In this document: in pieces, positions 9,526-18,655 of the stretch
How positions within the stretch are numbered: position 1 is the stretch's first letter
Layout of the letters: the number at the start of each line of letters is the position of its first letter
Assembly (NCBI GenBank): GCA_050174015.1
Contig: JBFXKG010000009.1
Coordinates: 128,152 to 192,151 of the forward strand
Direction of reading: 5' to 3'
DNA length: 64,000 nt
Origin: Candidatus Krumholzibacteriia bacterium
GTDB taxonomy: Bacteria > Krumholzibacteriota > Krumholzibacteriia > LZORAL124-64-63
Notes under the pieces: model-generated
Databases searched by the model: none
Seen by the model: only the letters and a program-made list of their open reading frames with translations
Told to the model about the DNA's origin: nothing
Position numbers and translations under genes: made by a program

Positions 9526-11247
9526 ATGCGCAACGAAAGAATCGCGAAGAGCGTCGCCTTGGTCCTGGCGGCCGCCCTGCTGGCGGGACCGGCGGCCCTG
9601 GCCGACGGGGACGAGGGCCTGCTGCGGATCCACCTGCTGTGGACCAACGACCTGCACGGCCACATCGCCCCCGAACCGGCGAGGTTCATGAATCCGGAGT
9701 TCCCGCCGCCCCTCGGCGGCGGGCCGTCCGCCGCCGGCTACATCAAGGAAGTCCGCGAGAGGGCCGCGGCCGCCGGCGAGGAGGTCCTGCTCGTGGACGT
9801 CGGCGACATGTTCCAGGGCACCCCCATCGGGAACAAGACCAAGGGCGAGGCGGTCATCAAGTATTTCAACGCCATGGAATACCAGCTGACGGTGCCCGGC
9901 AACCACGACTTCGACATGGGGCGGGCCAACACCGAGCGGCTCGCCAGGATGTCGGACTTCCCCTGGCTCAGCGCCAACATCATCGAGAAGGACACCGGCG
10001 AGCTGCCCGACTGGCTGCAGCCCACCCTGATGCTGGATTACCAGGGCGTCAAGATCGGCGTGGTGGGGATCACCACCCCCAGCACAGCGGTCATGTCCTT
10101 CCCCCAGAACATCGAGGGCCTGGACTTCCTGCCCATGGCGGCCAACCTCATCGAGCACCGGGACAGGCTGAGGGCCGAGGGCGCGGATCTCATCTTCCTG
10201 GCCATCCACGAGGGCCTGCCCTACGACCCGGACGAGGGCTGGAAGCAGATCACCGGAGGCACCGAGACCGAGACCGCCGGCGAGCTGCAGGGCACCTACG
10301 GCAGCAACCACTCCTACGGGGGCAAGAACCTCATGGAACTGGTCCACGAGGTGCCGGGCATCGACTTCGCCGTGGGCGGCCACACCCACCGGGGTTACCA
10401 CGAACCCTGGATCGATCCCGTGAACCACACCATGTGCTTCGAGAGCTTCGGCAACGGCTCGAGCATCGGCCACGCCGTCCTGCTCGTCGACCGCAAGACC
10501 CGGACCCTGGTGGGGTACGAGGGCGCCCATGACCGCGGCACCCTGATCACCCTGTTCGAGGATGAGATCTGGCCCGACGAGGAGACCAGCGAGATCATCC
10601 GCCCCTATCACGAGGAGGCCGAGGCCGAGATGAAGAAGGTCATCGGGTCGTCCGCCATCGCCCTGGGCCGCGGCGGTCCGGGCTCCAACCTGGTGGGCAA
10701 CCTCGTGACCGACGCCATGCGGGATTACTTCGGCGCAGACTTCAGCTTCCAGAACCTGGGCGGCCTGCGGGCGGACCTGCCCGCCGGCGACCTGACCACC
10801 CGCGACATCTTCAGCGTGCTGCCCTTCGGCAACGAGCTGGTCGAGGTGCGGCTGGACGGCCGCATGCTGCGCCGGATCATCGAGCGCAAGGTGGCCGGCC
10901 GCAGCGGGGGGCTATGCCTGTCCGGGGTGGAGATGGCCTTCGATCCGACCCGGCCCGATTACGACCGGGTGGTGAAGCTGCTGGTGGGCGGCGAGCCCTG
11001 GGATCCCGACCGCATCTACAAGACCGTCTGCACCAGCTTCCTCATGGAGGGCAACAGCGGCCTGGAATTCCTGACGACCATCCCCGCCACGGACATCACG
11101 CCGACCCAGATCACCACCGCCGAGGCCGTCGAGTTCTACATCAAGAAGCACTCCCCGGTGCGGCCGCGGGTGGACAACCGTTGGGTGGAGAAGCCCGGGA
11201 CGCCCCAGGCCGACTACCTGAAGCAGGCGTATTTGCCGGAATCATGA
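9526..11247 (+). CDS. Secreted bifunctional metallophosphatase / 5'-nucleotidase (UshA family)
   Basis: TNDLHG, DVGDMFQG, GNHDFD and GGHTH metallophosphoesterase motifs; C-terminal NLGGLRA and LPFGN; signal peptide. Confidence 0.92.
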   Translation: MRNERIAKSVALVLAAALLAGPAALADGDEGLLRIHLLWTNDLHGHIAPEPARFMNPEFPPPLGGGPSAAGYIKEVRERAAAAGEEVLLVDVGDMFQGTPIGNKTKGEAVIKYFNAMEYQLTVPGNHDFDMGRANTERLARMSDFPWLSANIIEKDTGELPDWLQPTLMLDYQGVKIGVVGITTPSTAVMSFPQNIEGLDFLPMAANLIEHRDRLRAEGADLIFLAIHEGLPYDPDEGWKQITGGTETETAGELQGTYGSNHSYGGKNLMELVHEVPGIDFAVGGHTHRGYHEPWIDPVNHTMCFESFGNGSSIGHAVLLVDRKTRTLVGYEGAHDRGTLITLFEDEIWPDEETSEIIRPYHEEAEAEMKKVIGSSAIALGRGGPGSNLVGNLVTDAMRDYFGADFSFQNLGGLRADLPAGDLTTRDIFSVLPFGNELVEVRLDGRMLRRIIERKVAGRSGGLCLSGVEMAFDPTRPDYDRVVKLLVGGEPWDPDRIYKTVCTSFLMEGNSGLEFLTTIPATDITPTQITTAEAVEFYIKKHSPVRPRVDNRWVEKPGTPQADYLKQAYLPES

Positions 11248-11356
11248 TTTTTTTGCCGAATGGTGCAAAATCCGCTTTGACAGCCTTTTAGCCTCAAGCC
11301 CGCCCCTGGCCGGTCGAAGAACTGGCCAGGGGCGGACCTCATTCCCGCCCCGGGAC

Positions 11357-12652
11357 ATGGAAGTCCTGGCCCAGGCGCCCGGCGCCGATGACAAGGCGGT
11401 CATGAACGTGAAGACCCTCCGCAAGGAAAAACGCAACGAGCAGCTGCTGCGCTTCGCCGTCCACATGAACAAGATGGTGGTGGGGCAGCCCCAGGCCATA
11501 GACAAGCTGACCGACAGCTTCAGCCGCCTGATCGCGGGGGTCCACGACCCCGAACGACCCCTGCTGACCATGATGTTCATGGGGCCGACGGGGGTCGGCA
11601 AGACCGAGACGGTGCGGGCCCTGGCCGAGACGATCTTCGGCAACAAGCGGGCCTACACGCGGGTCAACTGCCAGGAATATTCCGCCCACTACAACATCTC
11701 CAAGCTGCTGGGATCGCCGCCGGGCTACGTCGGCGGCGAGATCCGGCCGCTGCTGGCCCAGGAGAACCTGGACCGCCACCACAAGAAGGCGCTCGAGAAG
11801 CAGTCGGGCATGGTCAGCGAAAGCGACAGCAAGCTGAGCCGCCTGTTCCCGCCCGAATCGGAGAAGTACCTGTCCATCGTCCTGTTCGACGAGATCGAGA
11901 AGGCCCATCCCAAGCTGTGGAACCTGCTGCTGGGCATCCTCGAGGACGGGACCGTGGTGCTGGGCAACAACGAAGAGGTCGACTTCCGGCAGTCCATCAT
12001 CATCCTGACGACCAACGTGGGCAGCGAGGCCATGGGCGCCCACCTGGGCCAGACGAACATCGGGTTCTCGTCGGGCAAGGACGAGGCCCGGATGGACAAG
12101 GACATCGAGGACGCCGCCCTGCGGGCCGCCAAGAAGGTGTTCCCCTTCGAGTTCCTCAACCGGTTCGACGACATCATCACCTACCACACGCTGAAGGAAC
12201 CCCACCTCTACAGCATCCTGGACATCCTCATCGGCCAGGTGCACCACCGGTCCCTGCTGTGCAACGAGCCCTTCCTGCTGGAGATCACCGACGAGGCCAA
12301 GGCCCGCCTGGTGGAGGCCGGCAAGGACGTCCAGTACGGCGCCCGCCCCCTCAAGCGGGTGGTGGAGAAGGAGATCGTCACCCCGATCTCGCACTACATC
12401 TGCTCCGACCAGATCCGCAAGGGGGATCTGATCACGGTCGCCGTCGACGAGACCACGCAGGAACTGGTCTTCCGCAAGGAGACCGGCGTGACGAGCTGGG
12501 AGGAACTGGAGAGCCTCGGACCCTTCCCCGAATCCCGCTGGACCAAGGACGACCTGGGGGTCAAGGACGACGGCGGCGAGAAGAAGCAGATCGTCGAGGA
12601 GATCACGCAGGTGGTCGCGAACGCCGGCGTCTTCAGCGGCGCCGACGAATAG
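11357..12652 (+). CDS. Clp/Hsp100-type AAA+ ATPase with only the second (D2) module
   Basis: VVGQ, Walker A GPTGVGKT, pore loop PPGYVG, Walker B IVLFDEIEK, NIGF, YGARPLKR; no N-domain or D1; start may be 11402. Confidence 0.85.
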   Translation: MEVLAQAPGADDKAVMNVKTLRKEKRNEQLLRFAVHMNKMVVGQPQAIDKLTDSFSRLIAGVHDPERPLLTMMFMGPTGVGKTETVRALAETIFGNKRAYTRVNCQEYSAHYNISKLLGSPPGYVGGEIRPLLAQENLDRHHKKALEKQSGMVSESDSKLSRLFPPESEKYLSIVLFDEIEKAHPKLWNLLLGILEDGTVVLGNNEEVDFRQSIIILTTNVGSEAMGAHLGQTNIGFSSGKDEARMDKDIEDAALRAAKKVFPFEFLNRFDDIITYHTLKEPHLYSILDILIGQVHHRSLLCNEPFLLEITDEAKARLVEAGKDVQYGARPLKRVVEKEIVTPISHYICSDQIRKGDLITVAVDETTQELVFRKETGVTSWEELESLGPFPESRWTKDDLGVKDDGGEKKQIVEEITQVVANAGVFSGADE

Positions 12653-12682
12653 TCGCCTGAGGAACCGGGCTGCGGACGCTCC

Positions 12683-13027
12683 CTACGGCCAGTAGAGGAA
12701 GCGTCCGCAGCTTTCGCATTTCTGGACCCGGTCGGCGTTCGTCTTGCTGACGAAGGAAGGCGGGATCTGGGCGAAGCAACCGGTGCAGTTGTTGCCCACG
12801 ACGGGGACCACGGCGTGTCCGAACTTCCCGACCAGACGCTTGAACGCGCTCATCAGGCGGGGATCGATCTGGGCCTCGAGTTCATCGTGGGCCTTGCGCA
12901 GGTCGTCCAGCCCGGCGTACTTGAAGCCCATGCCCTCGAGCTCGGGCCCCTTCTCCTCGACCTCGCGGATCATCTCGTTCATGTCCTGCAGGGCGACCAG
13001 CAGTTGCAGTTGGGGATGCATGATCAT
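12683..13027 (-). CDS. C4-type zinc-ribbon protein (DUF164/CT398-like, short form)
   Basis: AVVPVVGNNCTGC...CESCGRFLY; overlaps the upstream PTS IIA stop. Confidence 0.75.
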   Translation of the reverse strand: MIMHPQLQLLVALQDMNEMIREVEEKGPELEGMGFKYAGLDDLRKAHDELEAQIDPRLMSAFKRLVGKFGHAVVPVVGNNCTGCFAQIPPSFVSKTNADRVQKCESCGRFLYWP

Positions 13028-13485
13028 TCCCCCCTCATCGCGGTGCAGAAGCTCTCGTAGTCCCCGGCGTCCATCAGCCTGGCCCGCAGATCGGGATCCT
13101 GGATGCGGTCGATCAGGGCCGCGAGGGACTTGATGTACTGGTGGCCGGAATCCTGGGGCGGGGCGACCAGGACGAAGAACAGGTGGGTGGGCTTGCCGTC
13201 CTCCGAGTCGAAATCCACGCCGGCGGTCGAACGGGCGATCAGGATCGTCAACCGCTGCACGGCCAGGGTCCGGCCGTGGGGGAAGGCGACGCCGGGGCCG
13301 ACGGCGGTGCTGCCCAGGGCCTCGCGGCTATGCAGCATCTGCATGATGGTGTCGGCGTTCTGGATGTCGGTTCCGGCGAGGAGGCCCGAGACCAGCTCGG
13401 TGAGGGCGGATTGCTTGTCCGTGGCTTTGAGGTCGGGAAGGAAGAGGCCGGGAGAGGTGTGCTTGAGAACCTCGGCAATGTCCAT
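13024..13485 (-). CDS. Stand-alone PTS EIIA (Ntr-like) protein
   Basis: SREALGSTAVGPGVAFPHGR; GVDFDSEDGKPTHLFF. Confidence 0.9.
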   Translation of the reverse strand: MDIAEVLKHTSPGLFLPDLKATDKQSALTELVSGLLAGTDIQNADTIMQMLHSREALGSTAVGPGVAFPHGRTLAVQRLTILIARSTAGVDFDSEDGKPTHLFFVLVAPPQDSGHQYIKSLAALIDRIQDPDLRARLMDAGDYESFCTAMRGE

Positions 13486-13533
13486 GAGAATCGCACCGCC
13501 TTGAGAATCCGGAAAAAATGTGGTAACACTTCA

Positions 13534-13549
13534 TGCAAAACCTAATCCA
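13534..13549 (-). promoter_or_regulatory. Possible sigma54 (-24/-12) promoter
   Basis: Minus strand reads TGGATTAGGTTTTGCA: GG-N10-GC with TTGCA, but the -24 half departs from TGGCAC. Confidence 0.3.
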
Positions 13550-13651
13550 TCGGGCGGGGTTTAACAAGGGACAACCGGATCCGGGTTCCCGCTCCCTGCC
13601 GGAACCAGGCCCGCCGGGCCCGGGCCCAGGAGGACCATCATAGACAACCCC

Positions 13652-14617
13652 GTGGTGGGCGCCCCCGGCGGGCTCCGTGAAGGCCTCGTCATCAGGACCA
13701 GCGGCGGCCGCTGCTTCGTGGCGTCGGACGGCTCGACCTGGTCCTGCCAGTTCCGCGGCAAGCTCAAGAAGGGCAAGCAGGTGGCCCAGTCGTTGGCCGT
13801 CGCCGGGGACCGCGTCCTGTTCTCGACCCTGGACGGGGAGGCCGGGGCCAGCGGCGTGGTCGAGGAGATCCTGCCCCGCCGCAACCGCATTTCCCGGCTC
13901 GCTGCCCGCCGCACCGGCGGCCGCATGGAGCAGGTCCTCATGGCCAACCTGGACCAGGTGGTCGTCGTCCAGTCCCTGCGGGAGCCGACCCCCCAGACGG
14001 GACTCGTGGACCGGCTGCTGATGGCAGCCTCGCGCTTCGAGGTGGACGGGGTCCTCGTGCTGAACAAGGTGGACCTTCAATCGCCCGGGGAGGAGACCAT
14101 CGCCTGGGACTACTACTCCACCCTGGGATACCGGGTGATCCGGACCTCCGCGGCGGCCGGCCTCGGTCTCGAGGAGCTTCGCGGCGCCCTGGCCGGACGC
14201 ATCTCCATCTTCCTGGGAGCCTCGGGTGTGGGCAAGAGCAGCCTGCTCAACGCCCTGGACCGGGAGCTGGCCCTGCGGGTCGCCGAGGTCACGGCCAAGA
14301 CAGGGCTGGGCCGTCACACCACCACCCACACCGAACTTTTTCCCCTGCCCGACGGCGGTTACATCGCCGACTCCCCGGGAATCAGGGGTTTCGATCCCTG
14401 GGACGTTGATCCCCTGGCCGTGCGGGACTATTTTCCGGAATTCCAGGACGCGGCCGACCGCTGCCGCTTCCGTTCCTGCCTGCACCGGGACGAGCCGGTC
14501 TGCGGGGTCAAGGACGCGGTGGTCGCCAGGCGCATCCCGTCCTGGCGCTATGCGGCCTACCTCCAGGTGGTCAAGGATCTGGAGACGAGGCGGGGGGAAT
14601 CAGGTTCGCGGCGTTGA
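13652..14617 (+). CDS. rsgA: Ribosome small subunit-dependent GTPase A
   Basis: Circularly permuted GTPase NKVD, GASGVGKSS, GRHTT, DSPG; zinc site CRFRSCLHRDEPVC. Confidence 0.95.
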   Translation: MVGAPGGLREGLVIRTSGGRCFVASDGSTWSCQFRGKLKKGKQVAQSLAVAGDRVLFSTLDGEAGASGVVEEILPRRNRISRLAARRTGGRMEQVLMANLDQVVVVQSLREPTPQTGLVDRLLMAASRFEVDGVLVLNKVDLQSPGEETIAWDYYSTLGYRVIRTSAAAGLGLEELRGALAGRISIFLGASGVGKSSLLNALDRELALRVAEVTAKTGLGRHTTTHTELFPLPDGGYIADSPGIRGFDPWDVDPLAVRDYFPEFQDAADRCRFRSCLHRDEPVCGVKDAVVARRIPSWRYAAYLQVVKDLETRRGESGSRR

Positions 14618-14869
14618 GTCCTGCGCGGGGCCCGGCAGCATGCCGTAGTAGAGCAGCGCCTCCTGGCCCTCGTGGAGCAGCTTGTCCAGGGGCAGGATTC
14701 CGGTGGGACGGCGCCAGCGGGTGAAGGACTCGGCCCTGTCCGCATCCACCCAGCCAGGCAAGGGTTTGCCCAGCACCCCGGGCGATTTGGCCACGAGTTC
14801 GTAGGCTCCGAGGGCGAGGGCGGCGGCATAGCCGGCCCACAGCGTCCATAACACCAGCTGGCGGCGCAT
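14600..14869 (-). CDS. Small hypothetical membrane-anchored protein (89 aa)
   Basis: MRRQLVLWTLWAGYAAALALGAYEL..., AAGGA RBS upstream; fills the gap between rsgA and the glycosyltransferase. Confidence 0.55.
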   Translation of the reverse strand: MRRQLVLWTLWAGYAAALALGAYELVAKSPGVLGKPLPGWVDADRAESFTRWRRPTGILPLDKLLHEGQEALLYYGMLPGPAQDSTPRT

Positions 14870-14954
14870 CTTGTCCTTCCGGGCGGATGGTCCGGGTCGG
14901 TCCCTGCCGGGACCCCAGGCAAGCCCCGTGCCAGCATCACCGTGGGGGATTTCC

Positions 14955-16115
14955 GTGGGTGCGAACCTGTGGCGCAGGACCAAGGGATGGCTGTTCGCCC
15001 AGGCGGCCGGGTTGGCGCGCCGTCCCCCCATCGCGCCGGAGGATCTGCTCGCCCTGCATCCCCGGGCCGTGATCCTGGTCCGGCAGCACAACCAGATGGG
15101 CGACATGGTGTGCGCCACCCCGGCCTTCCGGGCGCTGCGCGCGGCCTTTCCCGAGGCCCGGATCACTCTGGTGACCGCGCCGGTGAACGTCGGCGTCGTC
15201 CGCCACAATCCCCACATCGACGCGGTCGAGCTCTTCGCCCAGTCCATGTGGCGCAGGCCCTGGCGCCTGGCCGCCCTGGTGCGGAGGCTGCGGCGGGAGC
15301 GGGCCGAGGTCGCCTTCGTGCTCGCCAGCGTGTCCTTCAGCCTGACCAGCGCCTGGCTGGCCCTGGCCACCGGAGCCCGCTACGTCGTGGGGGCCGACAG
15401 CCGTCCCTACGGTTGGGACGTCAGCCGCCGGGCGTTCTCCCTGGAGATGCCGGCCGGCCCCCGGCTGGATCGCCACTCCGTGGAACACTCCCTCGCTCCC
15501 CTGCAGGCCATCGGGATCACCACCGACGACCTGTCCACGGTAGTCGTGCCCGCCCCGGAGGAAAGGGAGCGGGCGGCGGGCATCCTCGCGGATCTGGGGT
15601 TGCGGCCGGGGTTCTGGGCCGTCCATCCTGGGGCGGGGAAACGGCAGAACGTCTGGCCCCCGGACAGGTTCGCCGAAGTCGTGGGCCGGGCGACGGCGGC
15701 GGGAGCCCGGGTCCTGGTCCTCCATGGCCCCGCCGATGCATCCGCCCTGGCCTCCCTGCTGGACGAACTGGGGGGCCGGGGCGGGCAGGCCGTCCGCGTC
15801 GCTCCGCCCTGCAGCGTGGGGACGGCCGCGGCGCTGCTGGAACTCGCGGACAGGTTCCTGTGCAACGACACGGGCGTCATGCATGTCGCCGGCGCTCTGG
15901 GGGTTCCCACCGTGGCCCTGTTCGGTCCCACCGATCCCCTGCTCTGGAAACCCCTGTCCCCGGCGGTCGTCGCCCTGCGCGGACGGGCCGGGCGGGATGA
16001 CCCGCGCGGTGCGGAGTTCGGCTGGATGGAGTCCCTGAGCGTGGACGAGGTCTGGGCCGCATGGTCGGGGCTGACGGGTCGGTCCGGCCCGCCTCGGACC
16101 AGGGAAGGGGCGTGA
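14955..16115 (+). CDS. Glycosyltransferase family 9 (LPS heptosyltransferase-like)
   Basis: MGDMVCATP, HPGAG, NDTGVMHVAGALGVPTVALFGPT; start uncertain. Confidence 0.9.
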   Translation: MGANLWRRTKGWLFAQAAGLARRPPIAPEDLLALHPRAVILVRQHNQMGDMVCATPAFRALRAAFPEARITLVTAPVNVGVVRHNPHIDAVELFAQSMWRRPWRLAALVRRLRRERAEVAFVLASVSFSLTSAWLALATGARYVVGADSRPYGWDVSRRAFSLEMPAGPRLDRHSVEHSLAPLQAIGITTDDLSTVVVPAPEERERAAGILADLGLRPGFWAVHPGAGKRQNVWPPDRFAEVVGRATAAGARVLVLHGPADASALASLLDELGGRGGQAVRVAPPCSVGTAAALLELADRFLCNDTGVMHVAGALGVPTVALFGPTDPLLWKPLSPAVVALRGRAGRDDPRGAEFGWMESLSVDEVWAAWSGLTGRSGPPRTREGA

Positions 16116-16116
16116 C

Positions 16117-16809
16117 GTGGAAACGACCGTCATCAGGGTGCTCGTCCTGGTCTTCTCCGTCGTGGTGCACGAGGTGGCCCACGGCTGGACGGCCTGGCGC
16201 CTGGGGGACGACACGGCCCGGCGCAGCGGGAGGTTGACTCTCAATCCGCTGCCCCACCTGGATCCGGTGGGCAGCGTGGTGGTGCCCCTGGTCCTGAGCC
16301 TGGCCGGGGCCATTCCCTTCGGGTGGGCGAAACCGGTCCCCGTGGACGTCCGCCGCCTCAAGGACCCCTGGAACGATCATCCCAAGGTGGCGGCCGCGGG
16401 GCCCGCCAGCAATCTCCTGCTGGCGTTGGTCAGCGCGGTGTCCCTGGGGATCGTCCTGGGCCTGGCCCTCGCCCGGGACGGCGGGGCTCTCGCCGACGAG
16501 GGCCCCAGCTTCCCGAAGTTCCTGGTGGCTCTCCTGCAGACCGGGATCATGGTCAACATCGCCCTGGCCATGTTCAACCTGGTGCCCCTGCCCCCTCTGG
16601 ACGGCAGCTGGATCCTCACCCGCTTCCTGCCCCACGGGGCCCGGGTCTCCTACGAGAAGCTGCGCGGGACGGGCTTCCTGCCGGTGGTGGGCTTCCTGCT
16701 GCTGATGCGCTACACGGGGTTCGGGGACGCGGCGCAGAACGGCCTGATGGCGATCATCAGGCCCTTCCTTCACCTGTCGCTGGGGTTGGCCGACATGATC
16801 GGCGGGTGA
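16117..16809 (+). CDS. Site-2 protease (M50) family membrane metalloprotease
   Basis: HEVAH, GRLTLNP, AAAGPASN, NLVPLPPLDG. Confidence 0.92.
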   Translation: METTVIRVLVLVFSVVVHEVAHGWTAWRLGDDTARRSGRLTLNPLPHLDPVGSVVVPLVLSLAGAIPFGWAKPVPVDVRRLKDPWNDHPKVAAAGPASNLLLALVSAVSLGIVLGLALARDGGALADEGPSFPKFLVALLQTGIMVNIALAMFNLVPLPPLDGSWILTRFLPHGARVSYEKLRGTGFLPVVGFLLLMRYTGFGDAAQNGLMAIIRPFLHLSLGLADMIGG

Positions 16810-16819
16810 CGCGCGGGCT

Positions 16820-17224
16820 TCAGCTGCTCCGTTGCGGCGACCGGGAGCGCCCCAGGTGCACGACGCACGACCAGGCGCTCTCGTTCCCGTGGAGGTCCAC
16901 CGACGTCACCGCGTAGCGGCTGTTCCCCTCAAGGGGGGATGCGTCGATGAAGGACTCCGCGTTCAGCGGATCCCCGGTCAGGGGCAGGGACCGGTCCTCG
17001 AGGAGCAGGTAGACGTGGTAGCCGGCCAGGTCCGGGTCGGTGCGATTGGGCTCCCAGCCCAGCTTGACCACCCCGGCGGCCCCGACGGCGGTCACGTTGG
17101 CCGGGGGCGCCGGCGGGGACAGGTCGATCTCCGCGGCCGGCGCCAGGGGATCACCGTCTCCGGAGCACCCGCAGGCCACGATGAGGATCGTCATCAGAAG
17201 GGTGGTCGTCGTCCGGTCGCGCAT
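16820..17224 (-). CDS. Fibronectin type III-like lipoprotein (copy 2)
   Basis: Lipobox-like ACGC; DLSPPAPP, W....DPDLAGYHVY, YAVTSVDLHGNES. Confidence 0.7.
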   Translation of the reverse strand: MRDRTTTTLLMTILIVACGCSGDGDPLAPAAEIDLSPPAPPANVTAVGAAGVVKLGWEPNRTDPDLAGYHVYLLLEDRSLPLTGDPLNAESFIDASPLEGNSRYAVTSVDLHGNESAWSCVVHLGRSRSPQRSS

Positions 17225-17320
17225 GCGTCTTCTCCCAGGGTTTCAGGATCCGGAAAGGCCTTCCGTCCGGGGACGGAAGGCCTTGGAGCACCCAGCGGGT
17301 GGGGACCGTCTCCGGAGTCG

Positions 17321-17740
17321 TCAGTGGCTCAGGGTTCCCGTGCCATGGGCCAGGGGACGGGTCACGACGGCCTGGGCCACGGCGCTCTGGTTCCCCGCCA
17401 GGTCCACGGCGTAGACGTGGTAGGTGTTGATGCCACGGCAAACGTCAGCGTCTTCCACGGCCTGGATCATCTGGGGGGTCGGCACGATGGCGACGACGAC
17501 GCCCGCGTTCTCGCGGGTGACCACGTAGCCGGCCAGGTCGCCGTCCACGGTGTTCTCGGCCCAGGTGATCACGGCGGCCCCGGCGGCGTAGTCGAACGTG
17601 GAGCGCAGATTGGAGGGCACGGCCGGGGGAGCGGTGTCCACCTGGCCGACCGAAGTCGGATTGTCGTCGCTGCAGCCGGTGGCCAGGATGCCCACCATGC
17701 ACATCAGAACCAGGGAAACGATCTTCTTGTTGTTGGCCAT
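17321..17740 (-). CDS. Fibronectin type III-like lipoprotein (copy 1)
   Basis: Lipobox ATGC; DTAPPAVP, W....DGDLAGYVV, YHVYAVDLAGNQS; strong RBS AAGGAGG. Confidence 0.75.
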   Translation of the reverse strand: MANNKKIVSLVLMCMVGILATGCSDDNPTSVGQVDTAPPAVPSNLRSTFDYAAGAAVITWAENTVDGDLAGYVVTRENAGVVVAIVPTPQMIQAVEDADVCRGINTYHVYAVDLAGNQSAVAQAVVTRPLAHGTGTLSH

Positions 17741-17864
17741 TTTGAGGTCCTCCTTGGTACTCGCCGGGTTGCCCGATGGTTTTGGTTGTGCGGCCGGAGG
17801 GGATCGGTTGCAGTGGCACGGTGTTCATGATCGGCCCCTCCGACCGCGACCATGCCGGACCAAC

Positions 17865-17880
17865 TGCAAGGGCAAGGCCA
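17865..17880 (-). promoter_or_regulatory. Putative sigma54 (-24/-12) promoter
   Basis: Minus strand reads TGGCCTTGCCCTTGCA (TGGC-N7-TTGCA), with an A-tract-rich segment immediately upstream. Confidence 0.6.
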
Positions 17881-17996
17881 CGGGTTTCAATGATTAAAAA
17901 AAAATACAAAAAGCACTAAAAAATCAGATCTTATAAGGAATTTGAGGAAATCATGGCCCATACCTGGACCTCTTCGAGGCCTTCGGGGCGTGTCGA

Positions 17997-18028
17997 GATG
18001 CGATGCGGCGGGCGATCCGCATTGCATC
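17997..18028. repeat. 12-bp imperfect inverted repeat in the divergent intergenic region
   Basis: GATGCGATGCGG-N8-CCGCATTGCATC, one mismatch. Confidence 0.7.
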
Positions 18029-18074
18029 CTGCCCGCCGCCGTCCCCGGGGCCCTCCGTGTATTGCCTTTAGTCC

Positions 18075-18103
18075 TTGACAGCAAAATATTTATGGGTAAG
18101 AAT
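18075..18103 (+). promoter_or_regulatory. Putative sigma70 promoter of the HU gene
   Basis: TTGACA-17 bp AT-rich spacer-AAGAAT. Confidence 0.55.
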
Positions 18104-18161
18104 GTAGCCAAGAGATGATCATCGGCTCGGGAGATGGCCTTTCGCACAGAGGAGGCATGTC

Positions 18162-18449
18162 ATGACCAAAGCGGATATCGTAGAAGACATTGCTCAGAAG
18201 ACAGGCCTGACGAAGAAGGAAGTCGCCGAGACGGTCGATCTTTTCCTCGATCGCATCGGGGACCTGCTGGTCTCGGGGCACCACCTGGAAATCCGGGGAT
18301 TCGGGACGTTCAAGGTCAAGGAGCGCAAGGAGCGCATGGCGCGCAATCCCAGGACGGGCGAAGCGGTTCCCGTTCCGTCCCGCAAGGTTCCGGTGTTCAA
18401 GGTTTCCAAGATGCTCAAGGACAAGGTCGCCGGCACCGCCGAAAACTGA
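18162..18449 (+). CDS. HU/IHF family DNA-binding protein
   Basis: [32 protein letters not shown]. Confidence 0.95.
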   Translation: MTKADIVEDIAQKTGLTKKEVAETVDLFLDRIGDLLVSGHHLEIRGFGTFKVKERKERMARNPRTGEAVPVPSRKVPVFKVSKMLKDKVAGTAEN

Positions 18450-18490
18450 CCGGCTGGATTTTTCACGCCAGGTTTCCCATAGTGATCAGC

Positions 18491-18522
18491 ACCGGTTCTC
18501 CAGGCTCCTGGGGAACCGGTTT
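18491..18522 (+). terminator. Probable terminator hairpin after the HU gene
   Basis: ACCGGTTCTCCAGG / CCTGGGGAACCGGT stem followed by a short T run. Confidence 0.5.
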
Positions 18523-18655
18523 GCCTTGCGCGGTCGGGTCGGGTACTTTCTTGCCCTGGACCGGATCCGACCCGGATCGACCAGGAAGGCCTCCGCCTCG
18601 TTCCCGACCTGCCGGGCCGGCCGGGCGAACCCCTGCATCCCAGGAGTCCCCAGCG

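Noticed and set aside
11246..11285. CIRCE/heat-shock operator before the Clp ATPase
   Set aside because: TTTTGC-N8-GCAAAA is short and does not match CIRCE; the nearby TTGACA has no properly spaced -10
17885..17950. Exact IHF binding site
   Set aside because: Only near-matches to WATCAR-N4-TTR; treated as an A-tract bend region
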